NCBI GenBank assembly: GCA_951406725.2
Contig: OX597819.1
Span: 59,272,001-59,336,000 of the forward strand
DNA length: 64,000 nt
Reading direction: 5' to 3'
Origin: Octopus vulgaris
Taxonomy: Eukaryota
Part shown: piece by piece, positions 37,996 through 52,799 of the stretch
Layout of the letters: each line of letters opens with the position of its first letter
Position numbering within the stretch: position 1 is the first letter of the stretch
Notes under the pieces: model-generated
Databases searched by the model: none
Told to the model about the DNA's origin: nothing
What the model saw: the letters and a program-made list of their open reading frames with translations, nothing else
Translations under genes and position numbers: made by a program

Positions 37996-40900
37996 ATGAT
38001 TAAAAAAAAAAGTAAAATGGTGTGCTATAAAGTAAAAATAAAAGCATGACAGCTTTTTTTGTTCTTTCTATTTTACATCCATTTTTCAACCTTACATGGA
38101 TGGTTTATTTCTTATAGAAATTGCTGAAAGATACATTTTGTATTGCTATCCACTCAACCATAGAGTAGGAGTGATATTTAATTTTTGTTCAGTCAGGGTA
38201 ATAAAAGTAAGTGTAACTAAAGTCATGTGCTTGTTCAAGGACACAACTCTATGACAATAGTTAAATCTCTGAATTGCTGACATGTGCTATACAACAAAAG
38301 CAAAATCACTGAAAGAACATATGCTAACAATAGCAAATTCCCTCAACCTTAACAATGTCAATTCTGCAGATGAAATAAAACACCAACTAGATATGAGATT
38401 GGAATAAATTTATCAGCTCTAAATTCAATTTCCTTGTTGACAAAATCTTTCAGGCAATCAATACTAAGTATTTGTATCGTCATGCAATTTTTTCTAAAAT
38501 TGCATAAATATTTTTTTAATTACCCACACACTGACTTTTATAACAAGGTATTTTCCCCAAAACTAATTTGTACCATAATAGATCAGTCAAGAGATTTCTT
38601 CGTCTTTCCTAATTTCACATTCCATATTAGCCAAGAAAAATCTGCATTCACTACTTATGCAATTAGCAGAAACTTCCATATTTCTTAGACATGTACCGAT
38701 TACAACAAGACCTTACAAAATTTTTCAACATCCATCCTCAACATCTTTCCTTTACTGTCCAGGCTTTCAGCACATAAATAGAACATGTATCATGTGATAC
38801 ATCTCTAAGATTACAAGTATTGTATGTTCTCAATCAGAAAAGCCAATATAAGCACAGTACAGTCAAACTATGTACACAAATTATCATGAGAGAGAGAGAG
38901 AGAAAAAGAAAAACAACTCAATAAAAGCCATGTAAAATTCATTTTTCTCAGTTATTAATTTTAGTAATAGTATTACATAAATTTGTGCACAGCTGATCAG
39001 ATCAATTATTTGCCTCCTATCAGCATAGGAAATTGTATAAATAGCAATGATGATTATAAACAATACATTTATTTATTTCAAAAAAATTACTTGACCATGG
39101 AAATTGTATCTGAGATTGTCATACTTTTAATCATGCCTCAAATGTCCTAAGTACTTTAGATACATGTATTTCAAAGGCACAAGAAATAGAATACTGAAGA
39201 ATAATGGACATCACAAAGCTGAAAAATTAATAAGGATAAAAAAACAACTACAAAACAGATAAGTTCATAAGTTGACACATTTTATGTAAGATAATAGAAG
39301 TACATTAGTAATAGAGTTGGTCACACCATTCTTGACAAAGATTCTAAACTCAACAAGAATAACACATACTTCCTAGGCCCTTTGTAAGTACCCTTCTTGA
39401 AATATAAGGGTTACCAACCACTGTTCTCCCATATGTTTATATCACATACACAACAGCTTTGTAGCCATGAATTTATGCCTCCTCATCATTTTACAATGAC
39501 ATAAGCAAAGTAACTTTCCTTGTCTCAGCTTTCCTGACTGATAAACAGGTTCTTCGTATTTGAGTGATTAGCAGCAGGAAAAGAAAAAATATCTGAGATT
39601 GGCTCATTGGATTTCTCTTTTGGAATTCAAAGAGCATTTAATAATATGTATTAATTCAAAGATGATGATCTTAGCAAGACTGCTTCATCACTTTATGGAC
39701 CACCAACTCCTGTATATGCAATTAAACTAATCAAGCATTTCTTATATTTTTCTAGTCATATATTTCTTTTATTAAAATTAAGAACATCATTCTTTACAGT
39801 TCAAAAATCTAAATTATATCTAAATTAGCACTAAAAGACTTAAAGCAACTAAAGAAACCATTTTAAAAGAAATAAACTCAATTAGATATATAACCCTTCC
39901 TTTTCAAGATTAAAGGATTGTTTAAAACTTCAAGACATATATTACAATATACATTTAGTTGGAGTTAGCACATTTTTACCACTTAACACCAACTCCAGTA
40001 AATTAATAATTGCATCTGACTCCACAGCCCTGGATATGAGTTTAAAGGATATCTATTTCCTATATGGAAGCCATTTGCAGCTTACATTATACTTAAAAAA
40101 TCATAATAATGCAATAATATTTCAAGATATTCAAACAGATTTCAAATTGCAGTTATTTTAAGGTAATTTTTTTAACTATCACCGCAAATAATAAATTTAT
40201 TCAAATACTTTCAAATACTAAAATACTTTGAAGTATGTATAATTTGCCAAACTTTATCCTTTACTTACATCAAAAATAGAAAAGAAAAGAAACATGTAAA
40301 GGAATCTGCCAAGCTGAAAGCAAACACCCAAATATAGATTTTTTCCTTTTTTCAATGATCATCCACTTATATTTTAACATCTGTATGTTTTATGCTTGCC
40401 CGAGTCAGGCGGAAGACCATCCAGCCAATAAACTTTCACCATAGCAACTAACCCAAGTTGTGGTAGTGTTACGTAAACTAGAACACAAGTAACTGAATCA
40501 ATGTATTAAACATAAAATCCTTGTAAATACCACATATTTCCACAAGACAAAACTGCCGTCAATATTTAAGATGTGCAACTGTTTTATATATGTATGAAAC
40601 TCAATGTCAAGGAGCAAGAGTTATATATGGTTATGACAGCTGACTCTTCATATTTGGTTATTCATTGTAAGTGCCTATACATTCTAAACAATGAATCACT
40701 TACATCATATCCCAAACCTAGTCTAATAATCAGAAATGCAAAATACAAATAATTAAATGTGAGGTACTAGCTGACATATGTATGTGTGTATGTATTGCTG
40801 TGGCAGTGGGGTATGTATGTGTGTGCCTGTGTGTATCACAGTACAGAAAATTAGCAAACGGAAATTATTCCCCCAAAATTGCATTTTTATGAGTATGGTA

Positions 40901-43900
40901 TTCATCAAAAAATTTATAATTTTTATAGACTTCATATCCATTAGATAATGCAAAAATATTTACAAGTCTTATAACTCAGTGGATTCTATTAGTCATTAAT
41001 CATTTTCAATTCAGCAATCAAGTTGTAAGTTCTGCAGGAACATATTAAAAATGAATGTGTATGTCATCATTTTTATTTTTGCTGTCCACAATGCACATGA
41101 TGATCTATTATCAGTTAGCATGCATCAGTAAATAATTTGTTAGCTGAATTCTATAATCAAGAGTCAGAACTCTTGCTAGATTCATTGGTCCAAGAAACCT
41201 TCGAGTGAAGAGAGACACAATAAAATCAAAACACCAAGAATTCAAATTCCCCTTAACTCAATAAATCAAGTGTGTTACAAACAGATAATCATCTGAAAGG
41301 AGATTTTGCTCTCCAATGACAAAATACAATAGCAATTAGCATATTCGTGTTTGAATCTGCTGGAACATATTAAGAATGAATATCTATGTCCTTGATTTGA
41401 TGATCACTATTCACTATGTACATGATGGTTTATTATAAGTTGTAAGTTATTTTAGACAAAGAACCTGAAATTTATGTTATATTACACCACATAACTTTGA
41501 TTTTTGTGCATCACTTTTAAGCAGAAACTTCTTAAGGCATATTTGTTTGCCTAAGAGAACAAGTCTTATCTTAAACCTTAAGCAGTCCTGTTAATATTTT
41601 ATTCTATTCAACTTTATTTAATTCTACACAAAAAAAGAGAATGAGGCAAGTGTAAGCTACTAATTGTGATTATTACACCAATCACATAAATCCTTAATAA
41701 ATATCCAACACTAGGTTAAGAGATATACTTCAGTTATTTTATAATCAGCACTGACCTATTAAAATAGGAAAGCTTGTCTAAAATATGATCACAAGGACTT
41801 AAATAGATCAAATGAAAACAAATCCCCTCAAACCATCATAGTGAAAATGTATTGTAAATCTTATATAATTAATCAAAGAGCAGATCAAAGCATTATTCTC
41901 AGCAACCTTTGTGATTATATCACAGAGATGTTCCCAGAGGTGATTTTAGAAATGTTATTTGACCATATGACAATTCAAGAAATCTTTTTCTTTGATTTCA
42001 TAACAAACTAATCCCAATAGCAGATAACTCTAGCGGACAATTACTAAGAAGCTATATCCTTGTGTTCAAATCATATCCGAAGCTGATTTAGCTTGTCTTC
42101 TAAGTACTGGATCAGCTCATTCGAGCTGACTGCTACTATCCAACTACTAATCACTGAGTTAAAACTCTTATTGTAATGTAAAAACAAAAAGAAAAACAAA
42201 CAAAAAATTACTGCTCAAGAACACATATGTATTAGCTTAATAGTTATAATATTTGCTTTTAATATCCTCACAATGTTCAGTATATTATATTATCAAATTT
42301 TTATAGACATTATGTTTACAACTTTCTATACAGATACGAGTTAGATACATCTTTATCTTTTGCTAGTTTTAAGATTTAATAATCATGCTAGTATTATTTT
42401 AATTAACCCAACCACACCTTCTAACCATCTAGTTGATAATATCTTTTTATTCTATTTATTTAAGTCAAAAGAAACATTATTTCCTGTTTGTACCAGCCAA
42501 TTATTTTTTATACATAATTCATATGTACCTTCAAACTTTTAAAATTTAAATTAATTTCAAAATGAGAAAACTCAACATTCTACTTATAGGTTTTTATGGT
42601 ATCAAAAGCTCTAAATTTACTTATTTTTAGATGTGGTAACATAATAAATATATTCCCTGTGGTTTCTTAATAAAATTGACACAGAAAATAAATCTAGTCA
42701 TAAACTCTTGTCAAATTCTCTCAGCATTCACAGTTCAAATTGTTGGCTTAGATGTTAATATGTAACTTGCTCCAAGATAGACGTACAGCATAATGGATCT
42801 TTTCACTAGTTAGCAAACCTCATCTACATTTGTTCCTGTCTCAACTTCATTCCATACACTGAAAACTATTCAGAGATTTTACTCTAAATGTATCCAATAT
42901 CTAGTACAACTCTTGAAACATTCCTCACTTATTTTTCTCTCAATGTGAAGCACATAATGGAAATAAACTTGATGTAGAATTTATTCAACTGCATACAGAT
43001 CAAAATAAGAAAAAAATAGTATATAATTTTACTCTCGTGTATATACTCACTTAACAGTAATTCGGTCATCAATGAGTAGTTTATGTAACAAGTAGCTCCA
43101 TTCAGTTATGGTGATTTTGATTAAATGATAAAAGTGACATATAATACCACAACTTCACTACAATATAGATGTCATTTAAATCACTAAACAATTCAAAATA
43201 CTTAATCTTCATAAGAAATCTAAAATTCAAAGAATTTAGATACAATTACCAAACATTTTCAAATATACTTGACCTAAATGTACAAGTGCAAATTCAAGCA
43301 AACAGGATTAATTCACAAATTTGATTTCCAAGATATTAACAATTTACATTTGACATTTTGTGCTATTGACCAAATGATAATGAACTAATCCATTAAATAA
43401 AACAACAGAAATTAAGCAGCAAGTTTGGAAAGGGAACAGCAAAGAGAGAGACATCTAAAGACGTAATGGAAAACTAAATGTGCATTTCAAATTAGCCAAA
43501 AAGAAGTTTGTTCTACACTCTGACAGCTAAAAGATAGTTCAAGCCACAACCTAAAAATAAAGGCAGAATCAGCAGTGAATCAGTGAGTGTCCACTAAGTT
43601 AAAATTCAGCTCTGATCTCCATTCTAATATCAAAAATCTATTACAAAGTAGTACAAGGTTGGATCCTATAAAGACCTTCAGCACGTAGAAGAACCAGCTT
43701 TTAATACAGAATACATAAAGAACTAAGAAAAATATCCAAATACCTATTTAGGATTGTTAAAAGCCTAAAGATGAAAAAAATCTAAGATTAAAAGTTTTTT
43801 GTTAATAGAAAGGTTATTAACTATACAGCATAAAAGAATAAGTTATATTTTAAATGCAAGAAGGTAGTAGATACAAACTCGATACATCGTAGTTAATGCA

Positions 43901-45029
43901 GGAGCAAGCAGTTAAGAACATGAATGAAATGGCTTAGCTGGGAAAAAAATGATTTATATAACTACCTAAATAACACAAAGCTTACAGAGGAGCTAGTGAT
44001 GGCATAAATGTCTTCAGCACAAAGATATCAATGAAGTTCAGAAAGTCTTTGTAAGGATCTTTGAGACAGGCAAAACCTATGATACTGTGGAAAGGAAATA
44101 GAAGTATAGCAGAGTATCTAGAGTGTAAGAAAATAATTATAATTTACTAAATTTATAATAATTAAAAATTTTGAGAAAGAAGTTGAAAAAGCAACTAGAC
44201 AACAAAGATATTGTCCTATGTATGCAAGAGGTGTGACAATGCTGTAATTGACAAATGCAAATGCGTGCTGAGTGGAAATTTTGTAGCAGGTTCCCATTAA
44301 AAATATGACTTTTGGAAATGTCCCATCAGAACTGAGAGTAATACTTAATCTTATAGATAAAGTGATTAAAAAACATAAAGAAATGTTGTATTGCATATCA
44401 GACTACTTCATACCAGAATACAAAAATAAATGTTATGATAATGAGAATGATGACTGTTAAGTTAGCATTATAAAAATGATCAATTAAAAATTGAAATAAC
44501 TGAGCATTCACTGCTCAAATTTACTGTTTCACTTTACAATAACAAAATGGATATCAGATACCATAATTTCTAATCATTATTATCTATATATTATAGGGTA
44601 GAGATAGTCAAGGAAATAGAATGCTATGCTGGAAATTTTTACTATCTAGTTTAATACCTTCAAGTGCTGCTAATACCAAGTTCATCTCTCATTTCGCCAG
44701 TGTCCAGGAGAAAAGTGTTTTCATAATGACAGCAGTGCACTTCATCTCATCAATACTAAAAAGAGGCTTGGAAATATTATGAGATTGCTAGATGTAGAGA
44801 ATATGTGAAGAAAAAGCTGGATTGCCTTCAGTAGACCCAGCAAAGAAATCAGTTATTGAAGTTCACTGGTGCATGGTTAAAAGTGTCAATAAAGTGATGA
44901 AAATAAAAAGCTGATAATGTCCAGTGAAATAGAGTTTAAGCTAGTGAGTTGCATAGTTACCAAGGTAGTACAGGAAGGTGTCACAAACAATGACTGGTAT
45001 AGAAGTATCATCATCAACAGTTAAAAAAC

Positions 45030-46050
45030 CAAGAGAGGTGCTTTAGAAGGATACTTACAGAGGTAGCACACTGATGAATAAAGTAATGAAAATAATAGTA
45101 AGAGTTTTAGCATAAACTAACTGGGATAAGGATTGGCTTAGATGGGATGCAATTTGGCTCTGAACCAGATCAGGCTATCATTGATACTCCTTTCTAGTAA
45201 GACAACTACAAGTCTTTAATGGGGAGTAAGCTACTCTGGCATTCATTGGTTGGAAGAAGGCTTTTGACAAAGTGCCATGCTCTATAGTCAGTGATCTCAA
45301 CAAAACTAGGTGTTTATGAATGGCTTGTGAGAATGGTAGAAACCATTTACAGAGATGTTGTCAGCAAGGTTAGAATTTGCAATAAGAGGAATCTCAAACC
45401 ACTTCTGTTTACTATAATTCTCCAAGCCATAACTGAAGACTAGTTGCCCATAGAAATTCTTGTAATTCTATGGTGTAGTTCTTATAGCTGAATCTATCAA
45501 AGACAGAGAAAAAATTCCAAACTAGAAAGCAAAACCTAGAATTAAGAGGCCTCAAAGTAAACCCATATTCCTTACACACTACATTTAATTCCTAAAACAT
45601 GCTCACTTCTTTCCTTTCTAGCTGTTTTGCTACCCTGCAACATGTTACTTCATACACAAGCACAATACAATTTAGCCTTTACTCAAAGTTTAGGGAGTTG
45701 TTATGTCTGCTAGCAACAAAGGGATTCTCTCTCTAAGTAAAGGGTAAATTGTATTATGCTTAAATATATAGTGAGATGTTGCATGGAAGCAAAACATAGT
45801 CACTAAAATACAAAAGATGTGCAAAGACTGGAAAGAAATGAAGAGAGCATGCTCTGCTGGATGTATAATGTTAGTGTGCATAAATGACAAAGTACAAATG
45901 AGCTGGGTATGAAAAGAAATCAGACATAGGGTACAAGTGAGGAAATTGTACAGACACAAAATGTTTATGGATGATGATAATCACGTAAAGAAGTACCAAG
46001 TGATCCAAGTGTAAAGAAGTTGTAGAAGAGAAAGGCTGAAGACATGGTTA
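45030..46050 (+). mobile_element. RTE LINE RT and 3' fragment, decayed
   Basis: MQFG, RQLQ, KAFDKVP, LGVYEWLV motifs and a 3' part homologous to 1470-1830. Confidence 0.7.
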
Positions 46051-47899
46051 TTGAAATCTTAAAAAATATAATAAATATAGATTGAAAGGATCTATTGTTT
46101 TTAGTGCTGAAATTTTAAAAACCCTTAGCTGTTAGTTAAAAACTGATGTCTTAGAATCCTTTTACCTACCACTCTTTAACAAAGATTAAAGCCACCATAC
46201 ACAACAAAATTCCTCTTCCTTCCCTTTACCTTTCTCATTCCCCCTCTACAAAACTGCAACCTTCTTCAACCACACCAACCCAAGAAGCTGGCCAAACTTG
46301 ACATTGTTCCTCCCATTATCCTTAAATAGTGTGCTCCGAAGATATCCTTACCAAATGCTTTAATTCATCTCGGCAAAAATCTATTCCAATCTATAAAGAC
46401 ATATGAGAATGTCCATTCTCAAAAAAGGAAACTCCTCTATCACCCTCTGCTTTGCAATCATTTGGTTACAGTTTCGATTGCACTGCCTAGCACCTTGGCA
46501 AGAGTCTTTTACTGTAGCCTAAAACTGATCAATGCCTTGTGTATGAAATTGGAAGATAAAAACTGTACGGAAACCAATAATATAATCATTTGTTCACTTT
46601 GTGTCTATTTTTCTATGCTGGTATGGATTAGAAAAAACATTATGTGTATGTGTGAATTTTACATCCTGTATCTTTGCATGAAACTGAGCAACAAAAGGTT
46701 ATGATGACATTGCATTTAATAAGACATCCAGTAGTACTGTGTTTTTGATGACAAGTGGAATGAAAAATCTCTCACCTGAAAAGCAGTTAAGAGTTAGTGA
46801 TAGAATGGGCATCCAGCAGTAAAATAATACCTCATGAATAAGTATTCATCCATCCCATGCAAGACGGAAAAACAAACTGACATAAAATAAATTATGAAAA
46901 TAGTCATATACCAGAAATCCCTTGATTTTGAGAAGTTCAGTGTAAGCAATGTTGTTGTCCTTTCATTGTTCAACCTTTCTGTATATGGACATCTTCCACA
47001 AGCAACTTCCAGTCTTGCAATGTCTCCAAAATATGACAATCTTATCTCCTTTGCAGTATCAAAATACAGTTTGCCACACACATAAAGGCATTTGGAAGGG
47101 CATCCAGCTTAAGAAACCATGCCAAAGCAGATAATGGGGTATGATTCAGTCCTTGGACCCATCAGATCCTGTCAAACTGTCCAACCCATAGTAGTATGGA
47201 ATATGGACGTTAAATGATGATAATGATGAGAAAGGAAACATCCTTCAATGCATTAGAAGCATATAGCTAAAATCTTCAAAAAATTACAAATGCTACTTTA
47301 ATGAGAGAACCAAACTGGGTTTTTTTTCCAAAATCTTAAGTTTCTTCAGAACCTGAAAATATTTCAGCCTTGATCCTTTGCAGATCCTCTACAAAGCTCA
47401 CATACAGTCAGTATGTATTAGTCACATGTCTGAGATAGAACTGCTATTACACACACAAATGTTCTAAACCTAGAGAGCTTTAATCTAAACATCAACTATC
47501 TCAATCTGAGAGAGCTCGATATTTACTTCCAATAAATAATAATGAAAATGAAAAAAAAAATGCCTGAAACAAGAGAGTTGTGATGAGGAAATTTGAAAAT
47601 GATAAATAGTCAGGCTATTGAGACTGGTACTAAATTAAAATCTTTACAGATTAAAAGATGAAGAATGGGCCTTCATGCGAAGCTATCAGAGATAATTGTA
47701 CCTACTATGTCTAATGAGCGAGATACTTTAGTCGTTTTGTTGATATTTTTTTTTCCTATCAGCAACATATTTTTTTGTCAGTATTTCTATGCTTGTATTG
47801 GTTGGACAAATATATTTGGTCCTTCATTTAATAACGTCATGCTGGAAACCTATGTAAACCCATTATTTGCATATCACTTACTATGGTTCTTAGTCACCT

Positions 47900-48830
47900 C
47901 TCTTGTGAAGACCACTACCTGATATGATCAGGCCTAACCATTTTGATCTCTGACTTCTACAAGCTTCTTCTACTTGCACCATTTGACACCTTTTTTTTAT
48001 CAAACCATCATTCTTCATATGCATCATATATCAAAACTAATGCAGCTTTCTCTCCTATACCCTATGGCTGATAACTCTGATTTGTTTTTTCTCATTTTCT
48101 CACCACACATTATGCCTAGTCACTCATGCAAACTGACATTAAATATTCAGTGAATGTCTTATTTCTTCCCAGCCTTCACATATCACCTATACTCAAAGCC
48201 AATGTGTTGCTGCCATGTTATATCACACGTTATACACAAACATCATATAAATTTGTCTTTCAGTCCAAGAGAGAATCCCTTTGTTTCCTAACCTTTTTTA
48301 AACATATTCTTTACACTAGTTTACTAGCTTTCAGAACATCCACTGCCAATTAGGCTACCAAAGTTATCATCTACTACAAATGGACCTCCTTATCAACTTG
48401 ATTGTACCAACTGCTTATTCCTGTTCACTTATGTAAGAAATCCATCTTGTTGGACAGTGTCTGTTATACCAGTGCACATTTTGTGTATCCATTGTAGTGT
48501 TCCTACCTACTCTCTTCCTGCATATCAAGTATAACCATTTCCTAAATAGTAGTAGTAGTATTGTTTTCTTCCCTGCTAAGACTGCTGTCTTTATTGTCTA
48601 TCAGTTTCCCAATTCTACATACTGCTTTTGCATTTGGAACTTTTCCTGTAATTCTTCAACTGATTCCCTTATGAGAACTAAGTCATTGGATTGCAGGAGT
48701 TCCCATGGAGAACCAACCTGAAACTCCTCTGTTGTAGTAAACAGGAGGTAGTTGTGAGTTAAACTTCGATTAACACATTACTGCATGCCAAATTTTTCAC
48801 TGAACATGTTGATAACTCTCACTTTGTTGT
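47900..48830 (-). mobile_element. RTE LINE fragment (RT domains 5-7 plus C-terminus) with Cys/His insert
   Basis: GSPWELLQSNDLVLI..SVEELQEKF (YADD region), then ICRKRVGRN..WIHK.CTGI, then DNF..LIGSG..SE.LVT.V. Confidence 0.75.
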
Positions 48831-51800
48831 CACCATGACTAACACAATTCTCACATGCTATTCATCTACCCTCACCCTGACTACAAAATGCCAACTTGCA
48901 ATTCAAGTGACACTACTCTGAAATGTTTGGGGATTTTCTCTTTCTTCTTTAAAACTACATGGATAAAAAATTCGACCGTATGTAGCAAATTTCATCTGTG
49001 TCAATGCAGTTTTTAATGTTCAGTCATGGACAGTGACTTGATTAGATAAGAGTTTTTTCTATGTATGCCAAACAATTTATTTAATTTTAAGTCCTCATCA
49101 AAACCTAATTTTATTTTACCATATTTTCCTTATTTCCAAACACAAGTTCTACATGCTATTAACCTTATAATTCTTGAATGTCATCTACAACCTTTGTAAA
49201 CACACTTTTTCAAATCAGACAGCATGAAAAGCAACATACACGTTCATCTCAAGAAAAACAGAAAAAAAAGGTTTCATCACTCTTCTACATATCACAAATA
49301 ATTCTTTACTCTTTGCAAATGTAAAGACCTTCTCAAGTGACCTTTCCAGAAAAACTTTCTGAACATAGCTGAAAAAAATGTATCAAGGGTTCATTTCCAA
49401 GGTCAAAATACACCTCTATGAAAGAACAAACTACAGCTTATCCATAGAATTTCTAGAATGCACATTTATTTAATAACCAGAATTCTGTACAACTTTCTGA
49501 TAAATGCTATATAGTTTGTTGGTAAACAATCTTTGACCATTTACTTTCAGTACTCAACATCCAACTGTGTTTGTTTCATTTCATCTCTCAGTATCATAAT
49601 TAATCTGCCATTCCAAATTTACCAGCTTTATCACATCTCTACACACTTATTATCTACACTGGATCTACTAGCTTTGCAGTAAACTGTCACATTACTAATC
49701 TTCAATGTTTCAAAAGAGAAAAAAGAAATATAGTTAGCTGATTAAACTTATATATTATTTGCTTTATTTTATCAAGCTAATGCAATTAAAATGTGAAAAG
49801 AACTACAGTAAGATTTGAATTCAAAAATATAAAGTATTGATTAGATTTCATAAAACTTCCAGGTTGCCTTTCTCTGGTCTGTGACAGTCCCACCAATTTC
49901 AGCCCATAGAAAATATTAATAATTTACAAGCTCAATTGTTCGCTTTTCCATTTCAAGAATGCTTTCATCATCTACAAGCTATTTCCTCCCAAGATTAACA
50001 TTAAAATATCATAAAAGGGAGGAGGAGACTAAATTGCACAGTTGTGTTAAAAGTACACAAGATATCAGAAGAGTGGCAGGTCAGGTTATAAGCGACTAAC
50101 AGAGTATTAAAACATGGACTAGTTGTTTAGCGCTTAACAATCGCAATCAATCTTATCATGATTGGAAATGTTTTCCAGTTCCCTCCATTCATCAATTCAT
50201 TATCAGATACTCTATCATACTCCCATTTCCCCTTTTACTTTTAGTCTAAACAACTGCAACTACTATATACATTAGTGGATTCAAAATTAATAAAGCAAAA
50301 AAAATTATTTAAGATTTCCTTTATTACTTTTTATATATAATTACAAACCATGGTTAATTAGACATTTAGTATTTTCAGTTTGTAAATTCAGACAGATTAA
50401 ACAAATATTAGAAATTAGATATATATATAAAAGGAACTGCTGAAAATAGAAAAACAAATGAAGCTTGTTTAACAACTTTTACTGGGGCTAGACAAGATAC
50501 AGTACATCAAAGCTTGTTATAAAAGAAACAAAATAATTTCTGAAAATGTTTTACATAAATCTAAACACTGCTTTTATCTGTTCCACCCATGAGAAAGAAA
50601 GACTTATGACCTTTGAAATGCCTCAGATTTCCTCTGTTATTTCTCCCTTTATTTACCAATCTATTACAGTAACTCCCATAACAAATTGTGGGAATGTTTT
50701 ATTTTAGAAAATTCCAACTTCAAGTAACTAATCTATAACATTTTTGCTTATATATTGTAAAGAATTAATAGTAGTAAATTAACGCTGTTGAAGTGGAACA
50801 ATCATAATTAATTCAAATATTTACATTTGATAACCTGAGGGTTACAGTATTTCATGTAGTTAAATAGTAAGTACATAAACTACCTGCATTGGGAGAGGTG
50901 GTTTCCTGCTAAAATAATTACATGCAATGGCTTGTGTGGTGGTGGTACAAGACATAACAAGAGATCTAACATTTATTAATGGGCCACTATAACCACAAAT
51001 CAAGAAACATGTGCTGAAACAGCTGTTGTATTGTGCTCTTATGCAATACATGTTAATCTGTTAAATTTAATCTCTCTAGCTGAAAATAACTGCCACTCCC
51101 ACTTTACAGTTCAATGATTAGCAATAGACAAGTTAGTTCTTCATTCAAGAAACATCAATGAAAAATTGGCTGTAAAATACCCAACAAGAAATGATTGTGT
51201 CAAAAAGTCTTGGTAAATTCCGATAATCAGTACAAAATGACAAACTAGGGTTTCTCTATCAAATATATGACAACTAATTACATATAAATATCCAACCAAC
51301 AACTATACAAATGTGATATCTTTGACAATACCTCCAACAGCTACTTTGACCATAAAATTCATTATCAATCGTCTTCATGTATATACCAAAAGTAACTTTT
51401 TTTAATAATTACAGATTATCTTTCTAAGAATTAGCCCAATTTTGGAGCTTCTATCTCATACTACACTTTTAGATGTTGATAACATTTGATGACTGATTAC
51501 TTATGCTTAAAACCCCACAAATTTTGTTATTAGTGTAAAATGTGTTAATTCAATAAATGAAATGACCAAGTGTTCTGTTTAAGTATGCAAAATTTCTGTA
51601 TTATACAAGCCCCCAAGGAGATGTTAAGTTTCTAAATTATGCACTTCCTCATTGCTAGGGTTATTTCAAGATTATTTTGCATAGCTTTCCCATGAGTTTG
51701 TTTAACGGTATTGATAAAAGATGATATTGCCTAGCCTGTAATTAATGAAAACATTTACTCCATTTCATCCCTCGGCTATTAATGGAGTAAAATATTCTGA

Positions 51801-52799
51801 AATAACCACTGGGGATTTCACATTCAAGATAGCTGCTACAACTATCTTCTTGCAAATTCATCATTTAATGTGCTTTTATGTACCTTAGCAGAAGACATCC
51901 TCTCATAAATAGAATTTGGATTTTGTTAGCTTCTCCAAGTGAATGTATAAACTATTTATCAATCTAATTGAAGAGACTAGGTCATATTGATACTATTAAT
52001 AATGGCCTTCTTAATTCTCAGCTGAGTTTTCAAATCTTCAAATCATTTCATTAAGAAAGTTAAAATAATTTCTATATAAACTATTTTGGACATTTAGTAA
52101 AGCTCAATTGATAAAGTTTTCAAGGTCATATGATAAACAAAAGCTGCTTTGAAAAGTACAGCATTCTAAATAACTTAGAAAGACAATCTAATGTAAGACA
52201 ATAGTAAGTACAGAGTGAAACATAATGAAATAATCACCATTTTCTAAATACCCTTATTTCTTATTTTATTTAACTAGAAACTTGTCTGACATAAAAGGTA
52301 AATAATTTCTTTAAAAACTGCATAAAGTTCACACAGACCCCAATATTGCATATATTATTATAATCATATCAAAGTCTCGTGTTGTAAAAGAAGATAAGGT
52401 CGGGTCAGTTTGGTGCGGTTAAATATTTTCCTTAAATGCCTAAAGGTCTAAAAGAGAAATATGTTGAAGTAGTTCCAAACTGGAGTAGTAGTACTACTAG
52501 TGGGACAAAAATAAAAGGCTAATTGTGCAGTGTAAAAGAACATGTGACTTGAATTTCATTCGAAAATTGCTCAAAATTATTCGGTTATATTATACAACGA
52601 AACATTTCAATGGATTAGCTTTTTCAGGAACATTAGCTGATTGTAAAGCAACATCCAAAGGAAATGAACTTTATGTTTGAATACCAAAAAAAAAAAAAAA
52701 TGCATGTCAGCAGAATAAGTAAAATATTAATAATAATAATTAATAAAACAAGCAGTTAACAGAGTTTCAGGTAAAGCGGATAGGTACAGGATGGCATGC

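Noticed and set aside
43044-43110. Minus-strand GTGAGT donor-like site in intron 1
   Set aside because: The phase-0 frame ends in TAA and no good acceptor was found; cannot be supported as an exon.
51500-52100. Possible very old LINE RT remnant on the minus strand
   Set aside because: Only faint motif resemblance; too degraded to call.
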